Assembly: GCA_977030845.1 (NCBI GenBank)
Contig: OZ365118.1
Location: 16,678,001-16,742,000 of the forward strand
Direction: 5' to 3'
Length of the DNA: 64,000 bases
Origin: Fimbriosthenelais zetlandica
Lineage: Eukaryota
Position 1 is the stretch's first letter. Each line of letters begins with the position of its first letter. The translations under genes were made by a program, and so were the position numbers. The notes beneath the pieces are model-generated. The model was not told the origin of the DNA. It saw only the letters and a program-made list of their open reading frames with translations, and did no database searches. Below are positions 62,270 through 64,000 of the stretch, in pieces.

Positions 62270-63910
62270 GCAACTAGTACTCTTGAAGTTAACACTAAAG
62301 TAATGCAATGGTTTAATACTCCTATTTTAGAACTCGTGATAGACTTGAGGCAATACTGGTTTGACAGTAGTACTAATAAGACTACACTAGTACTACTAGT
62401 ACTAGTACTTTTCAGTAGAGAATCCAAGACTTGTCCTATGATTAACAGTTGATGAAAGTGTTTTCTGTTGAAGCAGTTTTGCATCATTATGAGCCACCAT
62501 TTCCTTTGTAGCCGCAAATAAAATTCTTCATGCCTGATCCCATGAGAAGATTTCTTTATGTTACACACGATTTTCAACACAGTGTAACAGCTCTCTAGAC
62601 TGCCCATATATCCTGAATCAAAGAATACAAAAGGAGGCCATACATTCAGTGAAAACAGCCAGGGCATTTCTAAGATGGAGGACAAAAATATAAAAGAATA
62701 TCCGATCCATTGTTATTGTACAGGGGTATTATACCAGATGGGTCCATTGCATGACTTTGCAAGCTTATTTCTATTGCTCATATTCTCTAGACAATAGGGC
62801 TGTATTTTAGTTTCAATACCTCCTGATCATTGTCTCCAAGCAAGAGGTTAGATTATTAGACTCCTGATTCACAGCATGAGGTCCTACATATATAAAAGCT
62901 TGTAGAACCTTATAACAAATATTTGTATTTGCCTTAATCAGGTAATTATTGCCAAATATGTATGATTCAAGAACATGAATTGAAGAGTATAGATCCACTA
63001 TTGTCCTATGAATTTCATAAAGACCCATGTCCACTGTTCCTAGCGTTTTCATCCTGTCAAAGAAATACTTCAGTGGAAAAGGAGCATTTAAGTATGTCCC
63101 CAAATTAGTTTTATTGACGACAGTTGATAAGATTTCAAGTATGCCATTAGCTGTGAATTTAATTGATGTGTTAGGAGGAGTTCTTCTGTAAGGAATGTGT
63201 GACAGGGGACTATTCATGTCATTACCTTAGACAAAAAACTCTGTCTCTGCTTCAGCTATACATTGCCTTTTTTTGCAAGAAACATTATAAAACCATTTGA
63301 CATCTTGCTGTCGTGAAGAACCAACACACACAAGCCAATCCAATAATGTCTATTATTACGACTACATGCCTGTTTACTGTTGATGGAGCTGTCACAAAAA
63401 ACTGACAGCGTGTGACAGAGGGAAGTCTTTTTTTCTCTGCTTTCCCTTTCTGAAATAAACCAACATAAAGCCCTCGTGTGTGACAAGCTGAATGTGTGAC
63501 TATTTTCCCTTGGTATTCTAGACCTACAAGCCACCATAGCCTTCCAGAGAAGGTTATATTATTTTTTTAGCAAGGCCAATGAAATTAGGATAATGGCGGC
63601 GACTATCTTTCCGCCTGGCTGTGTTTCCTTGGCGCTTGTCTATTGTAAATGTCGCTGGTTGAGGCTGAGCAGTCTTCGCCCTGACTATCACTGCCCTGCA
63701 GAAGTGAGCCAGCGATTGCCTTGTGTGCGACATGGCTGTTTTATGATAGATCTGACGCCGGCGACAATTGGCTCTGACACTGGGATTGACAAAGTGACAT
63801 GTCCCGTTGACAAGGCAAGGATCAGTGGAAAGCGCCTGCTCTATGGACCACTTCCTCCCCCATAGCTTCCACACCCCTTCCACGCCCTCTGGAAATGGCT
63901 TTAGAAGCAA
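62270..63910 (-). pseudogene. Decayed coding region of unknown identity with residual splice signals
   Basis: Protein-like patches in shifting frames (SKAISRGRGRG..., KGKAEKKRLPSVTRCQFFVTAPST between tttatttcag| and |gtaaac, HKEIFSWDQA*RILFAATKEMVAH) with stops. No family recognised. Confidence 0.3.
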
Positions 63911-64000
63911 TACAAAGCTAAGGTGGTGTAAAAAGACTGAAAAAAGAGCTGTTTTGCTCTGTGATGGAAGGAAAGAATCCCCTGATAGGTCACAAGGGGT

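Noticed and set aside
1-64000. CRISPR array, rRNA, operon-like prokaryotic or giant-virus gene clusters
   Set aside because: There are no repeat-spacer arrays or rRNA-like sequence, coding density is very low, and spliceosomal introns are present.

Overview
AT-rich, intron-containing animal genomic DNA. A marine invertebrate is the best guess; TAGGCCTA enrichment hints at an echinoderm, but that is inference. Only one gene is clearly intact: a small spliced ankyrin-repeat gene on + (3123-5985, 7 coding exons, 163 aa, or 143 aa if a 60-nt exon is skipped). Most of the other ~58 kb looks like decayed repeats and pseudogenes. These include one sharp pogo/Tc1-type non-autonomous element (16673-17666) and heavily interrupted remnants resembling Penelope RT, LINE ORF1/ORF2, Ty3/Gypsy gag, a MULE transposase and a tyrosine recombinase. 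There is also a candidate LOTUS+Tudor (TDRD5/7-like) pseudogene, some orphan exons, a 131-bp inverted duplication and simple repeats. The most distinctive structure is a 127-bp palindrome (9483-9609) with three symmetric mismatches that become tandem sheared G.A pairs on the minus strand only. All remnant assignments come from manual translation and motif recall without database searches, so they are tentative. No rRNA, tRNA or CRISPR array was found.
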